From the human T2T-CHM13v2.0 reference genome, Homo sapiens, in the NCBI RefSeq assembly GCF_009914755.1, contig NC_060927.1: a stretch of 64,000 nucleotides of DNA. One strand, 5' to 3'. The translations under genes and the position numbers were made by a program. Shown here one piece after another: positions 13,700 to 29,906 of the stretch. Numbering within the stretch: position 1 is the first letter of the stretch; each line of letters begins with the position of its first letter. The notes below the pieces were generated by a model, which was given only the letters and a program-made list of their open reading frames with translations, did not search any database and was not told the origin of the DNA.

Positions 13700-13925
13700 C
13701 AGGGTGTTTATGAGTTAAGGGCATGAACTGAGTGGTCCAGGTTTAAATCTCAGCTCTGCCACTTTCTTGCTTGTGACCTGGGCAAGCTGCCTCACCTGCT
13801 TAAACCTCATGTGTAATGGGGGATTATAATCTTCACCTTGCATGGCTGTTGCGAGGATTAAATGCACATGAATGCACTCAGTGACAGCCTCACTTACCAA
13901 GTGCGCAGTAAATGTCTGTTGTTGC
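13700..13925 (+). mobile_element. MIR
   Basis: ggtttaaatctcagctctgccact...tgtgacctgggcaag...gaggattaaatg. Confidence 0.85.
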
Positions 13926-13962
13926 TAGTAAAGCAGACATTTGAAAATTAAGAGCGTACCCT

Positions 13963-14276
13963 GGCCAGGTATGGTGACTCACACCCATAATCCTAGCACT
14001 TTGGGAGGCCAAGGTGAGCAAATTACTTGAGCCTAAGAGTTCAGAGACCAGCCTGGGCAACGTGGCAAAACCCTGTCTCTACAAAAAAAAAAAAAAAAAA
14101 AAAACAGAAAAGAAAAAAAAAAAGCCAGGCATGGTCGCACACTCCCGTAGTCCCAGCAACTTTGGAGGCTGAGGCTGAGATAGGAATATCACCTGAGCCT
14201 GGGGAGGTCAAGGCTGCACTGAGCCATGATCATGCCACTGCACTCCAGCCTGGGTGACAACATGAGATTCTGTCTC

Positions 14277-14302
<26 letters not shown>
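13963..14302 (+). mobile_element. AluJ-like with expanded middle A tract
   Basis: Dimeric Alu, long internal and terminal poly(A). Confidence 0.95.
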
Positions 14303-14308
<6 letters not shown>

Positions 14309-14409
14309 CCCTAACCTCAAGATCTTGCAGGTACTACTCACAAGCCAAGATATACGTGAAGTACACCAGGAAAAAAAAAATTCAACATTGCTATAACAGT
14401 AAGATTTTT

Positions 14410-14570
14410 CATTTTACATACATTGTTATATTTACAACCATGAATGTAAGTATTGCTATTCCTGTTTTACAGATGAGGAAACTGAGACTCAGAAGGGTTA
14501 AGTGACTTGCTTATCGTGGCAGCTACTAAATGGTAAAATTTAGATTTTACTCCATCTATGACTGGCTTTA
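14410..14570 (-). mobile_element. MIR
   Basis: ttttacagatgaggaaactgagactcagaagggttaagtgacttgc. Confidence 0.85.
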
Positions 14571-14586
14571 AAAGTTGGGTGTTCAT

Positions 14587-14899
14587 GGCCGGGCACGGTG
14601 GCTCATGCCTGTAATCCCAGTACTTTGGGAGGCCAAGGTGGGTGGCTCATGAGGTCAGGAATTCGAGACCAGCCTGGCCAACATGGTGAAACCCCGTCTC
14701 TACTAAAAATACAAAAATTAGCCAGGCGCAGTGGCAGGAGCCTGTAATCCCAGCTACTCAGGAGGCTGAGACAGGTGAATCGTTTGAACCTGGGAGGCAG
14801 AGTTTGCAGCGGGCCAAGACTGCGCCACTGGACTCTACCCTGGGTGACAGAGTGAGACTCCATCTCAAAAAAACAAAACTAAACTAAACCAAAAAAACC
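14587..14899 (+). mobile_element. AluS-like
   Basis: Dimeric Alu, TSD aagttgggtgttcat. Confidence 0.95.
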
Positions 14900-15237
14900 A
14901 AGTTGGGTGTTCATTATACTATATCAACCTGTCTCTCCCTCATTTAAAAGCTAGGAAACAATTTGTCCAGCTAAGTAGTAAGAAAAGATACCCAGAGTTG
15001 CCATAGTTCTAAAAGTCCCAGCCCTCAGGCGTAAGAACTGACTCTGGTCCAGCAGTAAAACCTGCCATCTGTGGGAGCCTGTTTCTCAGTGGAAGGAGAA
15101 GATCCATCCTGGGTTATGGCACATCTTTAACCACGTGTTGCTACTGGTCTTCCTTTTTGTTACATAGAAAAGTTAAAGAGATCCCTTGTATGGTTGTGGG
15201 TGGAGTGGTACACACACCACTGTTTCTCTGGGACATT

Positions 15238-15625
<388 letters not shown>

Positions 15626-16279
15626 TGAACGTGGGCTCTCATGCAAGCTATCTGAGCTCCCGGTGAGTGTACAATTGGAGGGCTTTTCTCACCTCCTGGA
15701 AGCTAGTCCCCTGGCTCCAGCAGCCTACCTGTAGAAGGCATGACAGAGACAGCAATGCCCCCACATTTGGCCCAGGTTGTTCAAAGCCCATAGTTGGAAT
15801 ACTCAGGAAGCTCTAGCTATCCCTGCAGCCCTACAGCTGAAACGAGAATCTGCCTACAGTGGAGAAATAAAATGCCCTTCCCAAGCCTCCCTTTAAGAGG
15901 TAATAATGCCTCCCGAAGAACATCTGCCAACCCCCACAGACAGAGCTATCTGAAGCAAGCACAGAACCTTGACACTCTTTTCTGTGGAAATTCCAACACA
16001 TATTTCTTTGCCTTTAAATCTTTGGAATGCTGATTTAAAATCCTGAAGCTAAAATGTTCTGACAAACAGCAGGCTGTCTTGTCTCTCTGAAACAGTGGTA
16101 TTTCAGGGGTCAGGGAGAGAGCCCTCACCATCAGCCTCATCAGTCAATGGGTTACATAAGCAGGGATTTGTTTCCAGTCTCTAAGGAGGATATCCACAGA
16201 ATGTCAGGACTTTAGCAAAGTTCACCAACTCTCTACCAAGCATGGTACCTTATACCAGTCCCCAAATAATAGCAACAGA

Positions 16280-16495
16280 CAGTTTAGGATTTACTATCCG
16301 ATGATCGTGTTATGGCACTTCACAATGTCCTATAAGGAAAATACTACGATCACCCCATTTTACAGCAGAGGTAACTGAGATACAGAGAGGAGGTGTAATT
16401 TGCTCAGGGTCATAGAATTTGTAAGTAGCAGAGCTGGGGTTTCAATACAAGTAGTATAGCTTGAGTATATACTCTTATCCATAATGCTACACTGT
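16280..16495 (-). mobile_element. MIR
   Basis: ccccattttacagcagaggtaactgaga...gtaagtagcagagctggggtttcaa. Confidence 0.8.
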
Positions 16496-16504
16496 CTCTC
16501 CCAA

Positions 16505-16645
16505 GATGATAATGATGGGATGGTGGTAATGACAGTGGTGACGGTGGTGATAACAGTGACGATGATGGCTGGAGTGATGGTGGAGGTGGTGCTGGTGGGG
16601 ATGGTTGGTGCTAGTGCTGATGATGATAGGGAGGCTGATGATACT
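16505..16645. repeat. Degenerate (GGT/GAT)n trinucleotide low-complexity tract
   Basis: gatgataatgatgggatggtggtaatgacagtggtgacggtggtgata... Confidence 0.85.
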
Positions 16646-16719
16646 ACAACCCTGGCCCGTGTGCTAAGTATTTCCCACATATTACCACATTTCATGCAAT
16701 CTTCCAACAGTGTTACCTT

Positions 16720-17470
16720 ATCCATCTACTTCTCTTCACCTTGCCTATCTGCCACTATCCCAGCCTAAACTGTCATCATCTCTCACCTGGAGTAGTACAA
16801 TAAACCTGCTAACTGGTCTCCCTGCTGCAACCAGTGCCTACAGAATGCAATCTCACTGCATTACAGCAGCCAGAAGGATATTCTGAATGGTTAACCTAGA
16901 TCTTAGCACTGACTCTCTTGCCTGAAACCTCCACTGGCTTCCACTGCACAAATCCCAATTCCTCACCACAACTGGATGAGGCCCTGCGGGATCTGGTGCT
17001 GTTCGCCTCTCAGCCCCCCTTTCCTGCTTCTCTCCTCGTCACCCATGATGCTCCAGCACAGTGTCCTTTCCCTCCTGACCATGGCACCTTGTTGCCAGGC
17101 CAGGACATTTGTGCCGGCTGTTTCCTCTGCCACCAAATCTCTGCAGGATTGGCTCCTTTTTGTCATGGAGGCATCAGCTCAAATAACCCCTCCTCAGAGT
17201 CTTTCCTGACCTCCCAGCTATAGGAGATTCTCAACTTCCATCTTTCTTCTGATCTCATCTCCCCTGCCACCACCTCCTATTCCCAGCCCCAGTCACAGCC
17301 ACCTCAAGACTGGACTGTGTCCTTGGTTGATTTGCTGTTATTTACCATCTCCCCACCTAGGCTACAAGCTCTGTGAAGACAGAGATCTTGTCCCTCATGT
17401 TTGCTGTTTCATCACCAACACCTCAAACAGTGCCCAGCCCAGAATGGAGTCCAATAAATATTTACTGATG
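16720..17470 (+). mobile_element. L2 LINE 3' portion
   Basis: catcatctctcacctgga, ctaactggtctccctgct, acagcagccagaaggat, ctaggctacaagctctgtgaagacagaga, acagtgcccagc...caataaatattt. Confidence 0.85.
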
Positions 17471-17752
17471 AAGTAACTGGGTTATCTCATTTACTCTTCT
17501 CAAGAACACTTTTAGAATTGAGGCAACAGCTATGTTTTAATAACAGACCCAAGGCCGTATGGCGAGTAAATGGCATTTAACTCCAGAGTCTACACCCTTA
17601 ACCTCCATTCTGTAACTGGCTTTGTCATCTTGACTTTCCATTTCATTTCTCTGCTTCTCAGTGTCATTTTTACTCTAAAATAAGAAGATCTTCCATGCTT
17701 ATTTACCTTCCAAGGGTATTTGGAGTTAAGAGCCCTTGTTCTTAACCACCAT

Positions 17753-17964
17753 CAGGGTTGGAAAACTTTTCCTGTAAAGGGAAAAATTCTAATTGTTTTA
17801 GGTTTTGTGGACTATTCAGTCTCTGTTGCAACTATTCACCTCTGCCAATGCAATATAAAAGCAGCCACTGACAATAAATAAATAACAGTGTGGTTGTGTT
17901 ACAATAAAACCTTATTTACAAAAGCAGACAGTGGGCCATTCTTGGCTACAGTTTGCTGGCATCT
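17753..17964 (+). mobile_element. MER58A-like hAT-Charlie DNA transposon
   Basis: cagggttggaaaactttttcctgtaaaggg...tctctgttgcaactattcacctctgcc...caataaaaccttatttacaaaagcagacagtgggcc. Confidence 0.85.
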
Positions 17965-18302
17965 ACACTAGACCACTGGAGAAGCAATCTTTGGTTTCCA
18001 TCTGTCATTCAGTTATTATGAGGCCTGGTAATCAGAGATGATCTCTTCCCAGCACACTGGTGTGTACGTTCAGAAAACATGATCAACATTTTAAGAAAGG
18101 TCAAGGTCTTCTGTCCAGTTCCACATCAACCAGTTACCATGTTGACAGAAACAGAAATGGCTCTCTTCCATTTTTTTCTGGACCTAAATTTGAGCAATCT
18201 TTGGGTGAACTTGGTGGCAGAAGGTTCTCTAACAACAGGCAAGAGGATTTGTGTCTAGACTCAAGGAAGAGTCAGAAGGGCAAAGGTATGATCGTGAGTT
18301 AC

Positions 18303-18330
18303 CGTGGACTTGAGAACTTTGACGTTCTTC
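18303..18330 (-). other. Candidate 28-nt micro-exon
   Basis: Minus strand: cattatactcctgatttag|GAAGAACGTCAAAGTTCTCAAGTCCACG|gtaact. Two CpGs retained, one at the exon end. Confidence 0.3.
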
Positions 18331-18559
18331 CTAAATCAGGAGTATAATGATGACTTTGGTCGAGAGGGGCCAGTGGAGGCTATACAGAAAGACTGCACAA
18401 ACTAGAGGGTCCAGGATCCAGTGGGATCTTAGCAGGCAAAGCAGGGCTCTGAGCTGGACAAGCAGGCAGCTCTTTTCAACCTGACCCCATGCCCCTTGGG
18501 CCCATTTCAGATGTACCCAGGCCTTTTGTATTTGCTGTGATTTATTTTTCAAAAAAGGT

Positions 18560-20535
<1,976 letters not shown>

Positions 20536-20748
20536 TGTGAATGTATTAAATGCCCCAGAGCTATACACATTAAAATAGTTAATGTTACGTGAATTTTACC
20601 TTAATTAAATAAAAAGAGAGCTACTACATGGAAAATGTTTCACATTGGCACTAGGTATGAAGTAGAAAGCAGGTATCATTATTGTAAAAGATGAGGTTCA
20701 TAGTAAGAAAAACTAGAAGCATACTATATATCTAATAACGGTGGGTTA

Positions 20749-21098
<350 letters not shown>

Positions 21099-21492
21099 GA
21101 ATAACAATATCCAGGTATAAATATGAACAGGAACAATGCTGATGTGTACCAAAATAAGACAAGCAAGACACAAAGCAGTATCTGTGCATCATGTGATCCT
21201 ATTTGTGTGTCCATGTAAACATACATTTGGCAGGGCTATACTCCAAAATATAAAGAGTAGCAAAATGATGATTTAATAGTCTTTCTTTAATTTACCTTTA
21301 TTTTATAATTTTCTACAACATCCACATACTGCTAGTATAATAAAGAAGTAAAAGTTTGAAACATGTCAAAATAAATGCATTCTGGTACTTTTTACTTAAA
21401 GATGAATTGTGATGAATTATTACCTAAAAGTATTCTAAATATAAATTCTCTAAATTATCTTGTTTTGTGTGTTCATAATTTTAACATTAGGC

Positions 21493-21808
<316 letters not shown>

Positions 21809-21851
21809 TAACATTAGGCTTTTTAAAAGCACGTGTACACCCCTATTTCAC

Positions 21852-21953
21852 GCATTAAAATTAAATAATTATAAGACATGCTAAATAATATGCTGAATTA
21901 ATGCTAAATAACAGCATTAATTCAGAGTATGATTTAATTGTTTAATTAATTGC
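21852..21953. repeat. AT-rich inverted repeat with perfect 13-bp core stem
   Basis: ctgaattaatgct (21893-21905), aaataac loop, agcattaattcag (21913-21925); imperfect pairing continues outward. Confidence 0.85.
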
Positions 21954-22976
21954 TATCTCCACTTCCAAAGGTCTAAGCCACGTGGAAGGACTGAATGGCC
22001 TCCTCAGAGTAACTATTTAGCTTTAGCAGAAAGACTTAAAATGCACCACCTCTCTCCCCCTTTTCATACGACACAGAACATGACCCATAAAGTCCAACAC
22101 ACCCCAGGCCGGATAGCTAAAATGGGCCTGATAAATAAAGGGCCCTGTGGCTGAGTCACCCATGGTTCACCCCTGACCTCTGGGGAAAAAAGAATACAAA
22201 AATTGAATCATGCACCTCCACACAGACTTCCCGTGGAAAAAGGATTTCTCAGAGAGTCAAGAAATGACTTAAGTCTTTGTTTCCTCAGTTTCCCAAAAGG
22301 GAGAAAAATCATGTCTCTTAGAAAAACTGTTGGTGTTTAGCATGAGTATTTCTGTGGTAAAAATGACCTTCGTGACACAATTCAGCAGGCCAAGGTATCC
22401 CGTTCACATCTGATTAATGCAAGCTGCCTTATCACTCCTGGTCTTTCCTTATCCTTCAGAGATAGCTCCAAATGAGGCTGAGTTACCAATTTTTGGAAAA
22501 AACAGACTGAAAAACAGATGTGTATTTTCGATCAATAGTTCATGAAAAACTCCTAATGAATAAAGTTCATCTCTTTCCTTTAGGGAAGAAAGCCAGCATT
22601 AGCATAAGTGTTTCAGGATTTCTTCATACTTTCTTTGTGCACAGAAATGCTCTACTAACTTCAATCTATTATTATTCTTTGGGAAATGGGATATAGTTGG
22701 GGAAACAATTTAAATTAAAAATTAGTTCTGAAACATTACAAATCTCACCATGAGATTAATTAGTTGCCTCATTCACTCATTCAGAATGTATTTTTTCAGT
22801 GACTCATTCACTCACACACCCACAGAGTCCCTACAATCGTGTTTGGGATGCCAAAGCGTTTTCAACCCATTCCCTGCCTACCTGGATTTTTTTCTCGTTT
22901 TGCCTTATTCTGAATGATACAAACCAGTTCTAAAGATTTTATACAACAATCAGACAAGATACAAAAAGTCACTGTG

Positions 22977-23319
<343 letters not shown>

Positions 23320-23661
23320 TTACGTAATCTTTATTTCACCCTCTTCCAGAAGACCCATTCTCCAAATATGTGGCATGAATTCATGCTTTCAAGGATGCAG
23401 AACCTGCAGAAAGTACACTTTATTTGATAATCAAATGGTTTCCTAAAGAAAGTGAAGAGTCAGGATCAGAGTCAGGAGGTTCAGAAAATGTATTTTTAGC
23501 TTTTGCAAAGATTGGTGCTGATTAAAAAAATGGTGACTCCTATAACCCAGAAAAGAGTCTAAATAAAAGAGACTTTACTTAAAAGGAAGGGGAGGGAGCA
23601 AGCAAAGAGTCCAGACGTTTTTCTACTCTGCTACCATACTCTGAAAAGAGCACGGTTGACC

Positions 23662-23736
23662 GAGTTCATGTAGGATCAAACCCTTGTCTTGTGGTCCTGC
23701 ATTAACGCCACAATCCCACCAGCTGAGCTAACTGGA
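23662..23736 (-). mobile_element. Degenerate tRNA-Ile(AAT)-like sequence (old tRNA-derived SINE head such as MamSINE1, or tRNA pseudogene)
   Basis: Minus strand ccagttagctcagctggt...gtggcgttaat...gggtttgatcc resembles tRNA-Ile gttagctcagttggt...gtggtgctaat...gggttcgatcc (A and B boxes). Confidence 0.6.
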
Positions 23737-24762
23737 GTTGACTGCTCAATGGAATTAGTCTTCCATCTTTAATTGGCTAGAAAACTTGCCAAGAAGCTCT
23801 GCCTGACAGTCCATCAGGCAGAAAACATGAGGATAAAAGATGGTCCAATAATTACCAATGGGAATTGAAGAGGACGATTATTCAAGAAATAGACCATTTC
23901 ATGAAGCAACTAAAAGCTGGAGGGCAAAAAATGCTGTATGGAGCAGGGCCTGTGGAAGCTTGCCTCCTTGTAAACCCTCCACTCCAAGGCCATGCCTTCA
24001 GCAGATGAGGTCACAATAAACTGCGGCAGGTCCTGACAAACGGTTTCCTCCCAGGAGTCAATAAGTTACCTGAAAATGCTTAGTTCTGACTGTTTGAGTT
24101 CACTCTACCATGAATACATGACCAGCGATTCTGGTCAGGTCAGGGCTGTTTCCTGTGCCATCATGTGCACACAGCCACCTGAACAACATGCTAGAACGGC
24201 AGGATTACAAGCTTCCTCCAGCAGCCAGAAACTTACATATTTCTAACACACTGCTAAATGTGGAAGTAGCCATGAAGAACCATCAAAGTGATAATTTTTG
24301 ACTCAATAATTCCACTGCTGGGAATACAGCCTCTTGGATGTGTGCAGAAGAAAACTGTGTGCAAAAGTAAGAATGTTTATCACAGGAAAATACCTATTTT
24401 TTAAAAATAAAAACAATGTAAATATCATACTCCATGGGCTAAATACAGCCATAACATGTAACATTATGTAGCCTTTAACAATAATGGTATAAAAAACAAC
24501 TTACCTATATTTCCCAACTTTTCTACAATAAACAGTTTTGTAAAGTATGTAAAAAATACTGTGGGGGGGAATAATTAAAAATTTTACATAGATCAATGTT
24601 TACCAAATTAAATGATAATTTAAATGCATGGAAGAACATAATACTGGGGTGAATGTTTTTTGTACGAATCTCTACATAAGACAGAGATTCACTCCCATAT
24701 TTTTAGCTGTTAAAATACGATTCTATCACTTAAATTATTATTTCACTTTTCATTGGTTTTAC

Positions 24763-24781
24763 CTCAAAATCTGATCCAAAA
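24763..24781 (-). other. Candidate 19-nt micro-exon
   Basis: Minus strand: ttttattatcttatttcccag|TTTTGGATCAGATTTTGAG|gtaaaa. Confidence 0.27.
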
Positions 24782-25152
24782 CTGGGAAATAAGATAATAA
24801 AAAGGCTTTTTAAAAAGTCATAAAATACACACAGTAATGTTCTCCATGTGCCTCATTTACAGGTACTTTTCTTTCCATAATTCTAAGAAGCCCCAGTACA
24901 TAGTTATATCATCTTAACAGTTAGCAGCTGCAGTTTAGATGTGGGAAGGAGGTCTGCACAGACAAAAACGCTGATAGCAGAGAGAAGCAACAGCTGACAG
25001 CTTAGTAATGAGAGGGGAGCTAGAAATACTATGACGAGCTGACCTGAGAACTCAAAAAGCACAAATTCCCGGGACCAAACAGCCCTAAAATACCAAGAGA
25101 TCAACACACTATAGCAAAGTACAATGACAGATGGTCATTGTGTGTCATTTAA

Positions 25153-25480
<328 letters not shown>

Positions 25481-25799
25481 TTTTTTTTTTGTATAACCTG
25501 TCTCAAAAGGCAAGAGAACATAATATCCATTTACATAACCAGATACATTTGTGCATTTGCATACACACATTTTAAAGGCTGGATTATATATATATATTCT
25601 TGTGTATTAGTATATGAGTATTTGTGATGTGTGTGTGACATTAGTTTTTTTAACGTTTTGGGTTTTTTTGAATTTTTTTATTTTCATTTTATTTTATTTT
25701 ACACTCCAGGTAACTCACAGAACAACATTTTGGTTTTTAAAGAAGACTGTGTGGTGAAGTCCAAATAAAGTCTGTCATTTCCTTAGCAGTACTAAACCA

Positions 25800-25955
25800 A
25801 TGTTACTTTCCTGATTTTGACAGATACACTGTGTTATGTAAGATGTTAACATCAGGGGAAGCTGGGAAAGGTACATAAGAACTCTCTGTGTTATCTTTGC
25901 AACTTTTCTGTAAATCTAAAATTATTCCAAAATGAAAGCTTATTAAAAATATAAA
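25800..25955 (+). mobile_element. L1M 3' terminal fragment
   Basis: gtaagatgttaacatcaggggaagctggg...gaactctctgtgttatctttgcaacttttctgtaaatctaaaattattccaaaat. Confidence 0.85.
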
Positions 25956-28949
25956 ACAACGAAACAAAGAAGAATGAGGTCTTGGTTGTCTAATCAAATT
26001 GTCTACACTCTGCGCCCTATCCCCAAATCTCAAGGGGTCTGGCAGCTGAGCTTTCACTGATTTGGTCTGGTTGCATCAAATCATCATTGCAAGGATGCTT
26101 TGACCCTAGAAAGCTACCCTCCTTTAGAACCTGACAGCTCACAACACAGGATCACATTACCACCTTTTACCCACCTGAGGAAGGGAGGGTCTGGTCCCTA
26201 GGTCTGCAAAATCTGGGAAAGAAAGTGGTACAATCCCGAAGGCTCCTGGTGCTCTCGAGCCCGGACACGTTTCATCTGACAGGAATCCTCCTGGGAATGA
26301 CTTCAACCCCCAGATCCCAGGCATTATCTCATCTTAGCCGTGTGTCATCCTCTGCATTTTCCTTCAAGTTACTAAGAGGAAATGGAGGATCAGACGGAGC
26401 TCTGGCAGCCCACCTTCTTCTTAGGTGGATATTTTTAGCACTTTGAGACAAATAACTTGCTTTTTAAGACCATCCCAGACATTCTTCAAATGAGAGGTAC
26501 AAGCTTTCTCTGCTAGACTCAGTGAAAAAGGCATGCAGTGCCTAGGAGAGCCAGCCAACAACAGTCAACAACAGGAAAAAACACCCCCATTTAGGGGACC
26601 ATAAATATTTACAGCATCCAATGGTGTATTTACTATTCAATGATCCTGCAAAACAAATGTTCTAGGACAAGAAGTGGTCTGCATTTCTGCAGGATCCCAG
26701 AGTTTCAAAGCTGGAAAGGGAACAGAGATGTGTCCAGTTTCCACACTCTACAGGTAAGAAGGTTGAGGCTCCAAGTATGCTCCCATAAAATGTCTGCTTT
26801 TTAAAATATCTCTATTACAACATGCATTCCCTGAGCCACAGTTCATTGTTTACAGACCGTCTCTCACAGAAGTGGGTGTTTGCTGAGGGACTCAGCGCAG
26901 TGCCGTGAGTAAGCACCATAAACAATCAACAAAACCTTGTTTGAGACACCAAGATGGAAGCTCATCTCTGCCCTGACTCATGTTTCTGGGGACCTCTTCT
27001 CTGAACCTAATTTTAAAACTGAGAAGACAAATCTTATTCCTGAATGGCTGAAAGAGCAACCAGGAGTGCATTTGGAAATTCACCTGCTAACATATTATAA
27101 CATTAATACTATTTGTTCAAAAATTAAAAAAACAATTTCATTTCCTTCATGAGATGAAGACTAACATTTTTCATTTTCTTTGGTAAGAATTTCTAGAATG
27201 CTGCTTTATTAAATTTCATGGTTAGAAAGATTTACTGAGATAGAAAAGGTTTTTTTAAAAACTGTAAGATTAAAACAGCAAAGTTATTAACATACACAAA
27301 GTTAAGCAGTACCAAAGAAAGCTGTTTGCACCAGAATATGTCACCTGATCCTAAGAATATTTAAATTAGCATTTTGGGATGCAAAAACACGGAAAACCCC
27401 TTCTCTTTGCCCCCAGTAGATAAATACTCCTGGCTCCTCATCTATACTGATCAAGTTCAGGTCAAAACGGAATGACGAATTATTGAGACCCCTAGATTTG
27501 CCCACTGTGACATCTCAATGCAAGAGTGAGATGAAAAATTAACCTTGGCTGGGATCTTTCCCTAAAGTAGCAATGGCAGGAAAAGCTTGAGTCAACCACC
27601 AGCTAGTCAGGCAGAAATTTCAAAGAGGTGGTGAGAAGAACTTGCTGGCTTCTTATTGGGTGGGCTTCCTCAACCAAATCCCCCTTTCAGCTATAGCATG
27701 CTCCTGGTTGTTAGTCTTACATGAGATCTTCCATGTCCTCCATTTAGACATAACTTACCCAGTTAGTTGCCATCAGCTCTGCACAGCTCACACTCCCACT
27801 TTCTCCATCATGGCAGTCACTTACAAGCTGAGTAGCTGAATAAACTTCACTTTTCTATGCACACAGTTAACCAGAAATTTTAAAAATTTAAGTTTAAACA
27901 TAAGCACCCACAGTCTGATGTTTCTAAGTCTTTAGTTACATAGTTTCATACTCAGAGACCTCACCCCCACAAAGAGCATTTAATTAGAAAAATTCTTGGG
28001 TGTGATTCTATGCATTTCAGAGTAGCTATGTAATCACTGTGATTCCATGCTTTACCTTTTTCAGCCATCAGATTGATTTGAAATAGGTAATTCCATGAAT
28101 TACAGTCAAAGTATTAATAAAAAGAGGACCAAAAAGTGTGTGTGTGGAGCGCCAAAACCCACATACACATACAAATTCCCAAAACAAGAAGTTGAACACT
28201 GAACCATCCTCAAAAGATGGCATCTTTTGCAGAAGTTACATTTAATCAAGGTCTTGGCATTTGTTTTATTATTTGCAAAAGATCTTTTTTTCTTTTACTA
28301 ACATTTTGTAGGTACTACACATTATCCTTTATAGACACTAGCTTAAGTAATTCTGAAAAATGCCATATGAAGTAGGAACTACTAGTAAGTCCACCCTGAG
28401 ATGAGAAAATGAAGGCTAAGAAGGTTAAGTTCTCGGTTACCAAGTTAGTTATGGAGGCAAAATTTGAACTCAGTTCCTCCCCAAAGCCCAGGCTAATCAC
28501 ATCTCTTGCAGTGTTTCCCCAAGCATGGCCCATGCATCACCAGTCAAATGTGGGATTGTAAGATGCATGTGTATAAATACATTTTTATTTTAACAGTTAT
28601 ATATGTCTTTATTTTAATGTGGATTAGAAAAAATTGTCCAGCTAGCAGATCTTTCTTGGATCTTATTGCTTGGGACCTAGCTAATTTTGCATCAATTACA
28701 TGCTTTGCAAGAGCTAGAAAAACAGTTAAGCTCTAATGCCATTTCTTCTAAGAAATAAGTGATTTGACTCACCAAGGAATGGAATCCATACTAGCTTCTA
28801 TAGACTGCTTCCCAGCTGAATTAATCAGCCTGGATATTAAATGATCCCTAGCAGATGTCTAGAAACCAATGCTTTTAACTTCAAAGAAGAGTTTCTTCCG
28901 GTACCCTTCTCTTCTCCATCATTTAACTCCCTCATCTTCTCCCCTGCCC

Positions 28950-29195
28950 CCTACAATCATGTAGCCCTGGAAGATTACCTAAGCTAAGACAAAATGGTGA
29001 AGAGCAGAGATGTCTGGAAGGAAGCAGAGCTGCTCACTCATCCTTCTGTCCCCAAGATGGCTCATCACGGAACTCTCCCTAGGGTGGTCATAGCTGATCC
29101 CTGAGCAGGCGCCCCATTCAGATAATGGCCAGACATCAAAGCCCCAGCTGACACAGAAATCTCTGGAGGAAAAAGCCATCTTGGTGACATAGTAT
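28950..29195 (+). mobile_element. Old MaLR (MLT1-type) LTR fragment
   Basis: catgtagccctgga...gccccagctgacacaga...aaaagccatcttgg. Confidence 0.45.
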
Positions 29196-29587
29196 TTTTA
29201 GTTCATCCTTTTCTTTATTGTCAAAATGACTTACAAATAGCTCCAACTTTTGACCGTGGCTAGTCATGCCACCAGTTGGCTGACTTTGTGTTCAATATTT
29301 TACTTAAAAAAACCCTCAAACTTCTAGTTATACAAGTAACACATGAATTATTTCTCCTTGTAAAAACTTTAAATATTAAATGTTAGACTGCCACTGGAGC
29401 CACCAGGCCCCCTCCTCAGAGAGAACCAGTTTAGGGTTTTAACTCAGAATCAATTTAATGAATTTAGGGTGTTATCCTTTCAGACTGCTTTCTATGCATG
29501 GATGTATCTTTGAAAAATAAGCAGAATTGTTCTGTGGTGGCTTAGCTTAGCACACAAATGATATCATACTTAAATTTCTGTAACTCC

Positions 29588-29906
<319 letters not shown>

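Noticed and set aside
16360-16768. Thr/Ile-rich and Val/Met-rich ORFs on both strands
   Set aside because: Produced by the (GGT/GAT)n low-complexity tract plus MIR/L2 sequence.
23662-23736. Functional tRNA gene
   Set aside because: Stems do not pair and the B box is mutated; relic only.
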